The notes beneath the pieces were generated by a model. It was not told where the DNA came from. It saw only the letters and a program-made list of their open reading frames with translations, and searched no databases. A stretch of 64,000 bases of DNA. It comes from Nitrospirota bacterium. GTDB taxonomy: Bacteria; Nitrospirota; Thermodesulfovibrionia; Thermodesulfovibrionales; SM23-35. Shown here in pieces: positions 27,471-36,801 of this stretch. The translations under genes were made by a program, and so were the position numbers. The first letter of the stretch is position 1; each line of letters starts with the position of its first letter. The stretch is taken from NCBI GenBank assembly GCA_040754395.1, contig JBFMCL010000001.1, positions 39,634-103,633 of the forward strand. Direction: 5' to 3'.

Positions 27471-27854
27471 ATGCACCAGGAAATGATAAAATCCATCCTT
27501 ATCGTTGAAGATTCAGCCACAACACGGGCGCTCATTAGGGCTGTCATCGATGAGATGGGCGATTTCAATACTGTTGAGGCTGCCTCAGGGTTTGAGGCCC
27601 TGAAAATTCTGCCTACGGAGGAATTCAGCCTTGTGATCACTGATGTGAATATGCCGGATATCAATGGTCTTGAACTTATCAGTTTTATCAAGAATACCCC
27701 GAGATACAGCCATATCCCTCTGATAATCGTCAGCACCGAAAGAAGCGAGGAAGACAAGAAAAGAGGCATAGCCCTCGGTGCGAAGGCATATGTCACCAAA
27801 CCATTCAAGGCACATGAGCTTCAGGAAGTAATCAAACAGTCTATAATCGTATGA
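27471..27854 (+). CDS. cheY: CheY-like single-domain response regulator
   Basis: 127 aa with VEDS, a phospho-acceptor in VITDVNMPDINGLE, and a conserved Lys in YVTKPF. Confidence 0.9.
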   Translation: MHQEMIKSILIVEDSATTRALIRAVIDEMGDFNTVEAASGFEALKILPTEEFSLVITDVNMPDINGLELISFIKNTPRYSHIPLIIVSTERSEEDKKRGIALGAKAYVTKPFKAHELQEVIKQSIIV

Positions 27855-29812
27855 AAGCCTCCAAAAAGGAATTCATAGCCGAGACAGAAGATCTCCTGTT
27901 TGAATGCCAGCAATATGTTCTTGAGATCCAGGATACGTATCTCACCACAATCAATCCCGACACCATCAATGCGCTTTTCCGCTCTATCCATACACTGAAA
28001 GGGCTTTCAGGTCTTTTTGGAAATCAGGGGGTAACCGATCTCAGCCATGCAATGGAATCCCTGCTGGATGACATCCGTCTTGGGAAGATCCCTGTGACTG
28101 AGGATGTCGTGGATTTTCTTTTCAAAAACATCGATCACCTGAGGTCTGCTGTTGATGCGATCAAGGAAGATAAGGAAAAGGATCTCACTGAACAGATAAA
28201 CGATATCAGGAAATTCAGGTCATCGCTCCAGGAAAGCTCCGGCTCTCTGGAAATAAAGGGACTTATTGATGATTCGATACTGAAAGTACTTTCAGAGTAT
28301 GAGGAACACCGGCTCAAGGCAAATATAAAAACCGGGAACAGTGTTTTTCTCATGAAGGCGGTATTCGAACTCGCAACCTTCGACACCTCTCTGGAGGAGC
28401 TGACAAAAAAAATTAAGGCACAGGGGGAACTCATATCCACCCTTCCGACTTCTTCCGATGTTCCCGATGGTTCAATCGCCTTTAATCTGATGTTCGCATC
28501 AGACCGGCAGTTCAGCGAACTGAAAGGGCAACTGGGGGAGAATCTGGAGATACTGGTAAAACCCAGATCCCCGGAAAAACCACCGGCAAAAAAGCAGGAG
28601 AAGTCTATTAAAAGCTCAACAGCAACCGTGAGAGTCGATATCGACAAGCTTGACAGGATACTCAACACCATAGGTGAACTTACTCTCGCAAAGGATGCGG
28701 TGAAGAGAATAGCGAGAGAAATGTCCGAAGCACACCTCCTGTCCTCTCTGGTGCGGGATATGCACAAAATCTCTCAGACTCTCGAAAGAAAACTGACCGA
28801 ACTCCAGGATGAAGTCCTTGAAATACGGATGGTCCCTGTAGGCCAGATATTCTCCAGGCTCGCTCAGGTAATCAGGCGTTACTCAAGAGAAATCGGCAAG
28901 GAGATCGATCTTGAACTCTACGGGGAAGACACGGAACTTGATAAATCGCTTGCAGAGGAAATCGTCGACCCGCTCATGCACCTTGTAAGGAATTCCCTGG
29001 ATCATGGCATTGAGTCATCAGAAGAAAGGAAAAGGAATGGTAAAAGGGAACACGGCACTATCATTCTAAGGGCATTTCAGAGCGGCAACCATGTGGTCAT
29101 TGAGGTGACAGATGACGGCAAAGGGATTGATATAGAAAAAGTCAGGGCAAAGGCGAAGGAAAAAGGTCTCATAGAGAAGGACAAGGAAATGGAAGACCGC
29201 GATATTGTCAATCTCATCTTCACCCCGGGGTTCAGCACAAAAGACGTAGTGAGTGAGATTTCCGGAAGGGGTGTCGGAATGGATGTGGTGAAGGAAAAAC
29301 TCAGTGCGCTGGGAGGGTTTATCGAGGTAAATACAATAAGGCATAAAGGCTCGACATTCACCATGACCCTGCCGATCACCCTCGCAATCATAAAGGCCCT
29401 GCTCGTGAAAGTCGGGGCAGAAAAGTTTGCCATACCCCTCACGACTATTTCCGAAACAATCGCAATAGAACACAGCGATATCCAGACCATAGAATGGAAG
29501 GATGTGTACTACCTAAGGGGAGAAATGCTCCCCATACTGAGTGTCAGCAAGATTTTTCATATCACAACAGCACAACAGGAGGCATCCTTTGCGGTTATTG
29601 TCGGCTTCGGGAAGAGGAAACTGGGGCTCCTTGTCGATGAAATAATCGGCCAGCACGAGATAGTCATCAAGTCGCTGGGCGAGTACTTCAAGGGCGTCAG
29701 TGGATTTGCCGGTGCGGCAGAAATAGGCAGACATGAAGTGCTACTCGTTCTCGATATCGAATCCATCGCAGAGAAGTCCCTCATGAGGCAGGAAGGGGTG
29801 TCCCATGTATGA
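27851..29812 (+). CDS. cheA: Chemotaxis histidine kinase CheA
   Basis: 653 aa. HPt site FRSIHTLKGLSG, dimerisation VRVDIDKLDRILNTIGEL, HATPase DDGKGID and GRGVGMDVV, and a C-terminal CheW-like P5. Overlaps cheY by 4 nt. Confidence 0.95.
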   Translation: MKASKKEFIAETEDLLFECQQYVLEIQDTYLTTINPDTINALFRSIHTLKGLSGLFGNQGVTDLSHAMESLLDDIRLGKIPVTEDVVDFLFKNIDHLRSAVDAIKEDKEKDLTEQINDIRKFRSSLQESSGSLEIKGLIDDSILKVLSEYEEHRLKANIKTGNSVFLMKAVFELATFDTSLEELTKKIKAQGELISTLPTSSDVPDGSIAFNLMFASDRQFSELKGQLGENLEILVKPRSPEKPPAKKQEKSIKSSTATVRVDIDKLDRILNTIGELTLAKDAVKRIAREMSEAHLLSSLVRDMHKISQTLERKLTELQDEVLEIRMVPVGQIFSRLAQVIRRYSREIGKEIDLELYGEDTELDKSLAEEIVDPLMHLVRNSLDHGIESSEERKRNGKREHGTIILRAFQSGNHVVIEVTDDGKGIDIEKVRAKAKEKGLIEKDKEMEDRDIVNLIFTPGFSTKDVVSEISGRGVGMDVVKEKLSALGGFIEVNTIRHKGSTFTMTLPITLAIIKALLVKVGAEKFAIPLTTISETIAIEHSDIQTIEWKDVYYLRGEMLPILSVSKIFHITTAQQEASFAVIVGFGKRKLGLLVDEIIGQHEIVIKSLGEYFKGVSGFAGAAEIGRHEVLLVLDIESIAEKSLMRQEGVSHV

Positions 29813-30623
29813 GAATTTCTATGGGTTGAAACTGCGGCCATTCAGCAAAACCCCTGACCCGAGATTTCTCTATTTCAGCAAAAGCCATGAGGAAGCGCTC
29901 GCCAGACTGCAATACGCGGTTGAAGAAAAGGAACTTATCCTGCTTACCGGTGAGGTCGGAAGCGGAAAGACGACTCTCACCCGTGCGCTGATGGATTGTC
30001 TTGGCGAAAAATTCAGGGTTGTTCTCATTCTGAATCCCAGACTCACCCCTGCACAGTTCCTCAGGACCGTTGCCAAACGTTTTGACATAGACGTTCCCTA
30101 TAATTATAAGGATAACCTTCTCGACACCGTGTATGAAAAGGTTTACGCAGACTATGCATCCGGCATAACGCCGGTGATCATCATAGATGAGGCGCAACTC
30201 ATTCCCAACAAAAGCACCTTTGAGGAAATACGGCTACTTACAAATTTTCAGCTTGACCACGCAAATCTGCTGAGTCTTGTGCTTGTCGGCCAAACAGATC
30301 TCAAAAAGAGACTGAACCATAAGACTTATCTCCCGCTGCGCCAGAGGATCGGCCTCTTCTATCATCTCGGACCACTGACGGAAAATGAAGTAAAAGGATA
30401 CATTGAGCACAGATTAAGGATATCGGGGCTTCATGAACCCCTCTTTACCGAAAGTGCACTGAAACGTCTGTATCATTATTCAGGAGGGATCCCGAGGGTA
30501 ATAAACAGCCTGGCAACATCCGCACTTCTTGAGGGATTTGGCAGGGAACTGCCGGTCGTGGATGAATATCTTATTCATGAAGCAGCAAGGGAACTCGGGT
30601 TGAATGGATATCGCGAAAATTAG
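29805..30623 (+). CDS. ExeA/MshM-like AAA+ ATPase embedded in the che operon
   Basis: 272 aa. MYENFYGLKLRPFSKTPDPRFLYFSKSHEEAL is the typical ExeA-family N-terminus. Walker A is GEVGSGKTT and Walker B is VIIIDEAQ. It overlaps cheA by 8 nt and the next cheW by 20 nt. Confidence 0.8.
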   Translation: MYENFYGLKLRPFSKTPDPRFLYFSKSHEEALARLQYAVEEKELILLTGEVGSGKTTLTRALMDCLGEKFRVVLILNPRLTPAQFLRTVAKRFDIDVPYNYKDNLLDTVYEKVYADYASGITPVIIIDEAQLIPNKSTFEEIRLLTNFQLDHANLLSLVLVGQTDLKKRLNHKTYLPLRQRIGLFYHLGPLTENEVKGYIEHRLRISGLHEPLFTESALKRLYHYSGGIPRVINSLATSALLEGFGRELPVVDEYLIHEAARELGLNGYREN

Positions 30624-31365
30624 AAAAAAACTTAAGAAGTCCGAAGAAGACCGTGAGAAAAACGGCGCGGCTGCACACACTCCGCACGCAGATGATGAAA
30701 GTGGCTCAAGTCCCGCTGACACCGGGACTGAAACAACCGGGAAAAAAACACCTCTGTCTGAAAGCGAACCAGAATCCTCTTCTGAGGACAGGGAGAAAGC
30801 CGATCCCGGAACCAGTGATTCTGCACAATCACCGCCTCCTGGAAAGGAACCCAAGGCCGAGCACATCAAGGAACAAAGCAGTTCCCGGGAAAGTGCCGTC
30901 AAAGAAAGGGTCTCAGCAGAACAGGAGGAGGAGAGTGTTGAGATTCTTACCTTCAGCCTGTTGAAAGAGGAATTCGCGTTCAGGATCTCCCAGCTCGAAG
31001 AAATCATACGGCATCAGAGAATTACAAGGGTTCCCAAGACCCCCGCGTATGTTCTCGGCATAACCTCACTCAGGGGGAAAATAATCCCGGTTATTGACCT
31101 CAAGCTGAAGCTTTCCCTTTCCGACAACGTATCACTTGATACAAATGTGGGCAAGATACTGATCATTAAGAGCTCGCGAGGGCCCATGGGCGTTGCGGTC
31201 GATAAGGTCACCGGTGTTATCCCGGTTGCCAAGTCACAGATCCTTCCGCCACCTTCCCATCTTTCGGATATAGAACTGAAATTTATTGATGGGATAGCGG
31301 TCATAAACAAACGTTTCGTATCGATTATCAATATGGGAGAGGCAACAGCACTGAATCTGAAATAA
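30604..31365 (+). CDS. cheW: CheW-like coupling protein with an acidic, Ser/Glu/Pro-rich N-terminal extension of about 100 aa
   Basis: 253 aa. Residues 1 to about 105 are low complexity (KKSEEDREKNG...SESEPESSSEDREKADPGTSD...). The CheW domain starts at ILTFSLLKEEFAFRISQLEEI. Confidence 0.85.
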   Translation: MDIAKIRKKLKKSEEDREKNGAAAHTPHADDESGSSPADTGTETTGKKTPLSESEPESSSEDREKADPGTSDSAQSPPPGKEPKAEHIKEQSSSRESAVKERVSAEQEEESVEILTFSLLKEEFAFRISQLEEIIRHQRITRVPKTPAYVLGITSLRGKIIPVIDLKLKLSLSDNVSLDTNVGKILIIKSSRGPMGVAVDKVTGVIPVAKSQILPPPSHLSDIELKFIDGIAVINKRFVSIINMGEATALNLK

Positions 31366-31400
31366 CATTCAGAACTCTTTAATCCTTTTAAGGGGGGCTT

Positions 31401-34289
31401 ATGCTAAAGATGTCAATAAAAAGCCTTGAACTGAAATACATCCTTTTTGTCGGCATCCTGTTGCTTGCCGGCATTCTGTTTGCCGGAATTCTGTCATTCA
31501 TGGCAAAAGACAACCTGTATTCCCTGGCAGAAGACAATATCAGCTCAGCTTCCGAGATTATCGCATTACAGATCAATCGGATAATGCAGGAACCGGCTGA
31601 AAGAAAGGGTGCTTTGGCCAGAGAGACAATCGATGGTCTGAAAAGGATACAGGGCATTGAGGACATCAGGATAATCAATATGTTGGGGAAAGAGTCCTTC
31701 AACAAAAATTCAGAGGCTGCTGATGCAGCTGCAATGCAGAAGATTTCTGCAAGACCCGGTCCGTTGTCCATTAAAACAGACAAATCACTGACATTTTACA
31801 GGCCGCTTGAAAACACCGCTGCCTGCAGAGGGTGCCACTCTCGTGAAGGACCGTTATTAGGTGCGGTAAAACTCTCCGTCCCGCTTGACAGGATTTACAG
31901 GAAAAGCCAGCATTTTATACTCTGGACTATAATCATCACCATCGCCGGCATCGCTGGCCTGACCCTGCTCTTCTGGGCCGTTTTGAGAAAACTTGTATTC
32001 ATTCCGATAAAATCTGTTGAGAAGGCAGCGAAATCAATGTCTGACGGAGATCTCACCCTGCGGCTTGACTTCAGAGAGAATGACGAGATAGGAAGGCTGG
32101 GCAGCGCAATCAATGAATCCGTGCTTTCTCTCGGGAATATCCTTCAAAAAGTCAGGAATGGGTCAAAACGCGTATCAGACATAACGCAGAAGGTAGATGG
32201 AGAATTCAAAACCATTTCGGAGAACACAAAGCTCGAATCTGAAGCAATAGCCAATATTGCCAGTTCTCTTGAACAGATGAATTCAGCGTCAAAAGACATA
32301 TCTGACAGTACAGAGCGTCTCGCCACTACCACAGAGGAAAAGGCAGCTTCAATGGAAGAGATGGTAATGAGCATCAGTGAGGTTGCAAACAGCGCACAGG
32401 ATCTTTCACATGTGGTTGATACGACCGCCGTGTCAATCGAGCAACTGTCTGCAACGATCAGGGAAGTTGCAGACAAGGCGGAAGACCTGAGCGTCGCTTC
32501 CGAAGAAACGCTGGCTGCAACGGAAGAGATATCCTCCTCCATTAAGGAAGTTGAGCAGCATGCAAAGGAATCGGCAATGCTGTCGGAAAAGGTAAAGAAT
32601 GAAGCCTCATCCTTCGGAATAGCTTCTGTTGAGAAGACAATACAGGGAATACAGGATATCAAATCCTCTTTTGAAAAAACTGCAAGCTTCATACAGAGGC
32701 TCGGCGGAAGGTCAGATGAGATAGGCAAGATTCTGAACGTGATCGATGAGATAACCGATCAGACAACCCTGCTCGCCCTGAACGCCGCGATACTTGCTGC
32801 ACAGGCAGGGGAGCACGGAAAAGGGTTTTCCGTCGTCGCCGATGAGATCAAGGACCTTGCAGAGAGAACGTCCTATTCAACCCATGAGATTGCCGAACTC
32901 ATCCTGGCGGTACAGAAGGAAGTCAGGGATGCGATACTCGCGATGGAAGAGGGTCTCAGGTCTGTAGAGGAAGGGTTAAGGGTCTCAAAGGATGCAGGCG
33001 ATGCCCTGAAAAAGATTGTCGACAGTTCGAAACAATCTGCGGAGATGTCAATCTCGATCGAGCGTTCAACAGCCGAGCAGGCAAAAACAACGAAGCTCGT
33101 TTCAGAGGCCATGGAAAGGGTAAAGAACATGGTTGCCCAGGTAGCAAAGGCAACCGCTGAGCAGAGCAAAGGGGCTCAGCTCATTACAAAGGCAACGGAA
33201 AAAATGCGGGAGGTTGCCGCGCATGTGAGATCAGCAACAGGCGAACAGCTCATCAATACCAAACAGATTTCCGAAGCCATTGAACTGGTCTCAGAAAAGA
33301 GCCGTCATATAGCACGGGCTGTCAATGAGCAGCGTTCCGGGTCAGCCCAGATATTCGTCGCAATCGAAAAAATCAAGGATATTCCCAAGACTGTCGTTGA
33401 CAGTGTCTTCAGTATAAGCAGATCTCTCGGAGGATTGAAGAAAAACACCGACCTTGTGAACAAGGAACTGGAAAGAATCAGGCTGCCAGACGAAAGCACA
33501 GTGTCTGTTGCCGAAAGAGGGATTATCGGGTTCGGCATCGAACCGGTCGGGATGACTTCCGTTGAGGCGAAGGAGAAATTCAGACCGATCGCCGAGTATC
33601 TTTCAGGGAAGATCGGGAAAAAAATCGAGTTGAAACTGGCATCTGATCATGAGGGTATTTTGCGGGATATCAGTACGGGAGCAGCACAGTTCTATTTTGT
33701 GTCCCCTGCAACCTATGTCATTGCACACAAGAAATACGGGGTTGCGCCTCTTGTGAAGGCGCTGACAGGGGGTAAATCAACATACCGTTCCGTTATCATC
33801 ACAAAAAGCGGGGGTTCAATCAACTCTATTGAGGACATCAGGGGACGGACGTTCGCATTCGGGGACTCTCACTCCGTTTCCAGCTATATCGCACCGAGGG
33901 TCATGCTTCTCGATGCCGGGATGGACACAAAAGACCTTCTTTTTTATGAATATCTCGGTTCACATGAAGCAGTAGTCAAGGCTGTTTTGGAAGGCAGATT
34001 TGAAGCAGGTGGGGTCACGGAAAGCACCGCATTCAAATACAAGGATAAAGGAATCAAACATGTTGCGTTTTCAGGTGATTTGCCCGGATTCAGTATATGT
34101 GTCGGCAGGGAAGTTCCTCAGAACATACGATCTGCTATTGAATCTGTCCTTACCTCACTTTCTGATGCAAGGCCCGAGGAAGCCGCGGTCATTCATGCCA
34201 TTTATCAGCGATACAGCGGCTTTGAAAAAACCTCTGACGCCGATTTTACCCATCTGAGAGCCATGATGTCCAGATTGGGCTTGATATAG
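31401..34289 (+). CDS. Chimeric methyl-accepting chemotaxis protein
   Basis: 962 aa. Domain order: TM, periplasmic CxxCH domain, TM, HAMP, MCP signalling domain, then a cytoplasmic PhnD-like solute-binding domain. TMs are at about residues 13-33 and 173-196. CRGCH is at residues 142-146 (31824-31838). The hairpin tip is [33 protein letters not shown]. The C-terminal 260 aa or so (GFGIEPVGM...YRSVIITK...[15 protein letters not shown]) resemble phosphonate/PhnD-type periplasmic binding proteins, with no preceding TM. Confidence 0.85.
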   Translation: MLKMSIKSLELKYILFVGILLLAGILFAGILSFMAKDNLYSLAEDNISSASEIIALQINRIMQEPAERKGALARETIDGLKRIQGIEDIRIINMLGKESFNKNSEAADAAAMQKISARPGPLSIKTDKSLTFYRPLENTAACRGCHSREGPLLGAVKLSVPLDRIYRKSQHFILWTIIITIAGIAGLTLLFWAVLRKLVFIPIKSVEKAAKSMSDGDLTLRLDFRENDEIGRLGSAINESVLSLGNILQKVRNGSKRVSDITQKVDGEFKTISENTKLESEAIANIASSLEQMNSASKDISDSTERLATTTEEKAASMEEMVMSISEVANSAQDLSHVVDTTAVSIEQLSATIREVADKAEDLSVASEETLAATEEISSSIKEVEQHAKESAMLSEKVKNEASSFGIASVEKTIQGIQDIKSSFEKTASFIQRLGGRSDEIGKILNVIDEITDQTTLLALNAAILAAQAGEHGKGFSVVADEIKDLAERTSYSTHEIAELILAVQKEVRDAILAMEEGLRSVEEGLRVSKDAGDALKKIVDSSKQSAEMSISIERSTAEQAKTTKLVSEAMERVKNMVAQVAKATAEQSKGAQLITKATEKMREVAAHVRSATGEQLINTKQISEAIELVSEKSRHIARAVNEQRSGSAQIFVAIEKIKDIPKTVVDSVFSISRSLGGLKKNTDLVNKELERIRLPDESTVSVAERGIIGFGIEPVGMTSVEAKEKFRPIAEYLSGKIGKKIELKLASDHEGILRDISTGAAQFYFVSPATYVIAHKKYGVAPLVKALTGGKSTYRSVIITKSGGSINSIEDIRGRTFAFGDSHSVSSYIAPRVMLLDAGMDTKDLLFYEYLGSHEAVVKAVLEGRFEAGGVTESTAFKYKDKGIKHVAFSGDLPGFSICVGREVPQNIRSAIESVLTSLSDARPEEAAVIHAIYQRYSGFEKTSDADFTHLRAMMSRLGLI

Positions 34290-34342
34290 ATGATGACGGA
34301 TATCGCCGTCAGTTTCACCAAGAGATACAGGAGCGTTCTCAT

Positions 34343-34819
34343 ATGAAAGTAGCGGTATTCATAATAGGATCAGACTATTTCGGGATTGATATCAAGAGAA
34401 TCGTGGAGATACTAAATCCACAGAAGGTCTATTCCCTGCCCGAGCTTCCCGAATTTCTTTCCGGTGTTATCACAGTGAGAGGCGAGGTCATACCTCTTCT
34501 GGATCTCCGAAAAAGGTTCGGCATAAAGTCTGCCGCATCAAAAGAGCTTATCATTGTAGTGCATTATGACAATGAAAAGATAGGCCTGCTTGTGGATGAA
34601 ATAAAGGGGATAATCCCCCTTAACCCGGATGCGATTACTTCCCCCCCTGCCATCTTCAAGGGACTGAAAAAAAGATATCTCACGGGCCTCGCAAGGCAGG
34701 AGGATAATATTATAATCCTCCTGAATATGGATTATCTGCTCACCTCGGAGGAAAAGATACTGCTCAGGGAATCAGAGGAGATTTTTGAAAAAGATGCAGG
34801 GACTGGAGAAACTTCTTAA
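34343..34819 (+). CDS. cheW: CheW coupling protein
   Basis: 158 aa canonical single-domain CheW (FGIDIKRIVEI...VITVRGEVIPLLDLRKRFG). Confidence 0.9.
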   Translation: MKVAVFIIGSDYFGIDIKRIVEILNPQKVYSLPELPEFLSGVITVRGEVIPLLDLRKRFGIKSAASKELIIVVHYDNEKIGLLVDEIKGIIPLNPDAITSPPAIFKGLKKRYLTGLARQEDNIIILLNMDYLLTSEEKILLRESEEIFEKDAGTGETS

Positions 34820-36773
34820 CGACAACGACATCGAGATCAGAAGGGAGGCCCTTGAACACCTCAGGGGACAGTCCGGAGATTTCGCGATTAAGATCCTCCT
34901 GAAGGCAATGGAGGACACAAGCTGGAGGGTCAGGAATACCGCAACAGATATTCTCATTCAAGATCATCCTGCGGAATCCTTTATTAAAGGTCTGATCAAT
35001 CTGCTTTATTTCGAGGATAATGCCGGTGCCAGAAATTCCGCAATAGATGCGCTCATACGACTTAATACCAAAGTCACCCCATATCTGATAGAAGCATTTG
35101 ATACCCCCAATAAGGATGTGAGGAAATTTATAATAGATGTGCTGGGTGAATATAAGGACAGCAGATCATTGCCACTGATGCTGAATGCGCTCAGGGACGA
35201 GGATGAAAACGTACGTGCCACAGCCATAGAGCATATCGGCAAAGTCCGCGAGTCATCCGTAGTTGATGCCTTAATAGAAATAACCGGGGGTGACGATATC
35301 TGGACAGCATATCCGGCTGCTGACGCACTCGGCAGGATAGGGGACCGCAAAGCTGTTCCCGCGCTTCTGAAGGCCCTCGAAAAGAAAACGCTCAGGTCAC
35401 CGTCCATCAAAGCGCTGAGCCTGATTGGCGACCCTGATACCCTGAAATATATCATACCCTTTCTGGAAGACCCCACAAAAACCATTCAGGAAGAAGCCCT
35501 CCGGGCAACCGAACGGTTTTATCATAAGGGAACGAGCGAGGAGTTCATTACAGGCGAGATCGCGAAGCGATTCGGTGACCGGGCCCTGGAGATCCTCGTA
35601 TCCCACGCATGGTCAAGCAAACCGAAGGTCAGGACATCCGCGATTCTGATTCTCGGCCTCATGAGAGATGAGAGGGCTTTCTCTCCGTTGCTGGAGATTT
35701 CCCAGGAGGAGGATTTGGCCGAGGATGTCAAGCGGGCATTCGTGTTTATCGGCAGGAACCGTCCTGAATCCCTTGTAAGGCTTTTTGATACGGAAAGTAT
35801 TGCCCAGAAGCGCTTCATCTGTGACGTTGCCGGGAGAATAGCCTCTCATGTATATTACCCCGTCTTTGAGAAACTGCTGCAGGATGATGACGGACACATC
35901 AGGTCTATTGCCGCTCTCGCTCTCTCAAGAATCGGTGACCCGCGGGCAATAGAGCCGCTAAAACATCTGCTGGCAGACCCGTATGAGGATGTCCAGGAGG
36001 CTGCCGTTGATGCGCTTTCTCATTTCGGCAGCATGCTTGCAGTCAAAGAGCTCATTGAAATGCTCAGACATCCGAGTTCCCGCATCAGAAAAAATGCATC
36101 CCTGCTCCTCGGAAAAATAGGAGCCAAAGAGGCCATCCCGTATCTCGGTTTTGCATTGAAGGATGGTGATGTCAATGTCAGAAAAGCCTGTGTCGAGGCA
36201 TTTTCGCTTCTGAAAACAGAGGATTCTGTCCGTTACCTCATTATTGCACTCACTGATGAGGACACGTCTATAAGGGTCTCGTCTGCACTCAGCCTCGGCC
36301 GCATAGGAGGAGAAGAAGTGTTTAATGCCCTTACCCTTCTTTTATCCGATTCGGATGATTCTGTGAGGGTTGCAGTCTCAAAGGCCTTCGGCAACCTGAA
36401 GGATGCAAGGGCAGTTGATCACCTCATCACACTCCTTACTGACAAAAACGGGTTTGTAGTGACAACGGCCATTGAATCTCTCAGCAGGCTGGGAGGAGCC
36501 AAATCAAAATCTGCGCTGCTTCAGATGCTTTCTGCCGATGACCAGGAAATCAGGAGGACGGCAATTAAGGCACTTGCGAATTTCGAGGCCGTAGATGATT
36601 ATCTGATTCCTTTCCTGAAAGACAGTGACTGGGCGACGAGAATGGCAGCCGTCGAGGTTTTGGGAAAGAACGCAAAGGGTGCGGTTCGGAATGAACTCGA
36701 AAAGCTTCTCGACAGAGAGGAAGATCCGATTGTGAAAAAAGCGGCTGAAAAAAGCCTGAAAAATACCCCCTGA
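34785..36773 (+). CDS. HEAT-repeat (PBS-lyase-type) protein, about 20 repeats
   Basis: 662 aa. A repeat of about 31 aa recurs: D-x2-VR-x2-A-x3-LG-x-IGD-x-A-x3-L. Examples are DDDGHIRSIAALALSRIGDPRAIEPL, SSRIRKNASLLLGKIGAKEAIPYL and DSDDSVRVAVSKAFGNLKDARAVDHL. The start is ambiguous (TTG 34785 or ATG 34794) and overlaps the cheW end. Confidence 0.85.
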   Translation: MKKMQGLEKLLNDNDIEIRREALEHLRGQSGDFAIKILLKAMEDTSWRVRNTATDILIQDHPAESFIKGLINLLYFEDNAGARNSAIDALIRLNTKVTPYLIEAFDTPNKDVRKFIIDVLGEYKDSRSLPLMLNALRDEDENVRATAIEHIGKVRESSVVDALIEITGGDDIWTAYPAADALGRIGDRKAVPALLKALEKKTLRSPSIKALSLIGDPDTLKYIIPFLEDPTKTIQEEALRATERFYHKGTSEEFITGEIAKRFGDRALEILVSHAWSSKPKVRTSAILILGLMRDERAFSPLLEISQEEDLAEDVKRAFVFIGRNRPESLVRLFDTESIAQKRFICDVAGRIASHVYYPVFEKLLQDDDGHIRSIAALALSRIGDPRAIEPLKHLLADPYEDVQEAAVDALSHFGSMLAVKELIEMLRHPSSRIRKNASLLLGKIGAKEAIPYLGFALKDGDVNVRKACVEAFSLLKTEDSVRYLIIALTDEDTSIRVSSALSLGRIGGEEVFNALTLLLSDSDDSVRVAVSKAFGNLKDARAVDHLITLLTDKNGFVVTTAIESLSRLGGAKSKSALLQMLSADDQEIRRTAIKALANFEAVDDYLIPFLKDSDWATRMAAVEVLGKNAKGAVRNELEKLLDREEDPIVKKAAEKSLKNTP

Positions 36774-36801
36774 TTCTCTGTCAACCGGATATGCTGAGAA
36801 A

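Noticed and set aside
28135-32728. Long minus-strand ORFs inside cheA (28135-28767), cheW (30480-31007) and the MCP (32144-32728).
   Set aside because: They are Ser- and Phe-rich low-complexity translations, typical of the antisense frame of Glu-, Lys- and Ala-rich coiled-coil genes. There are no start context or motifs, and the sense genes are unambiguous.
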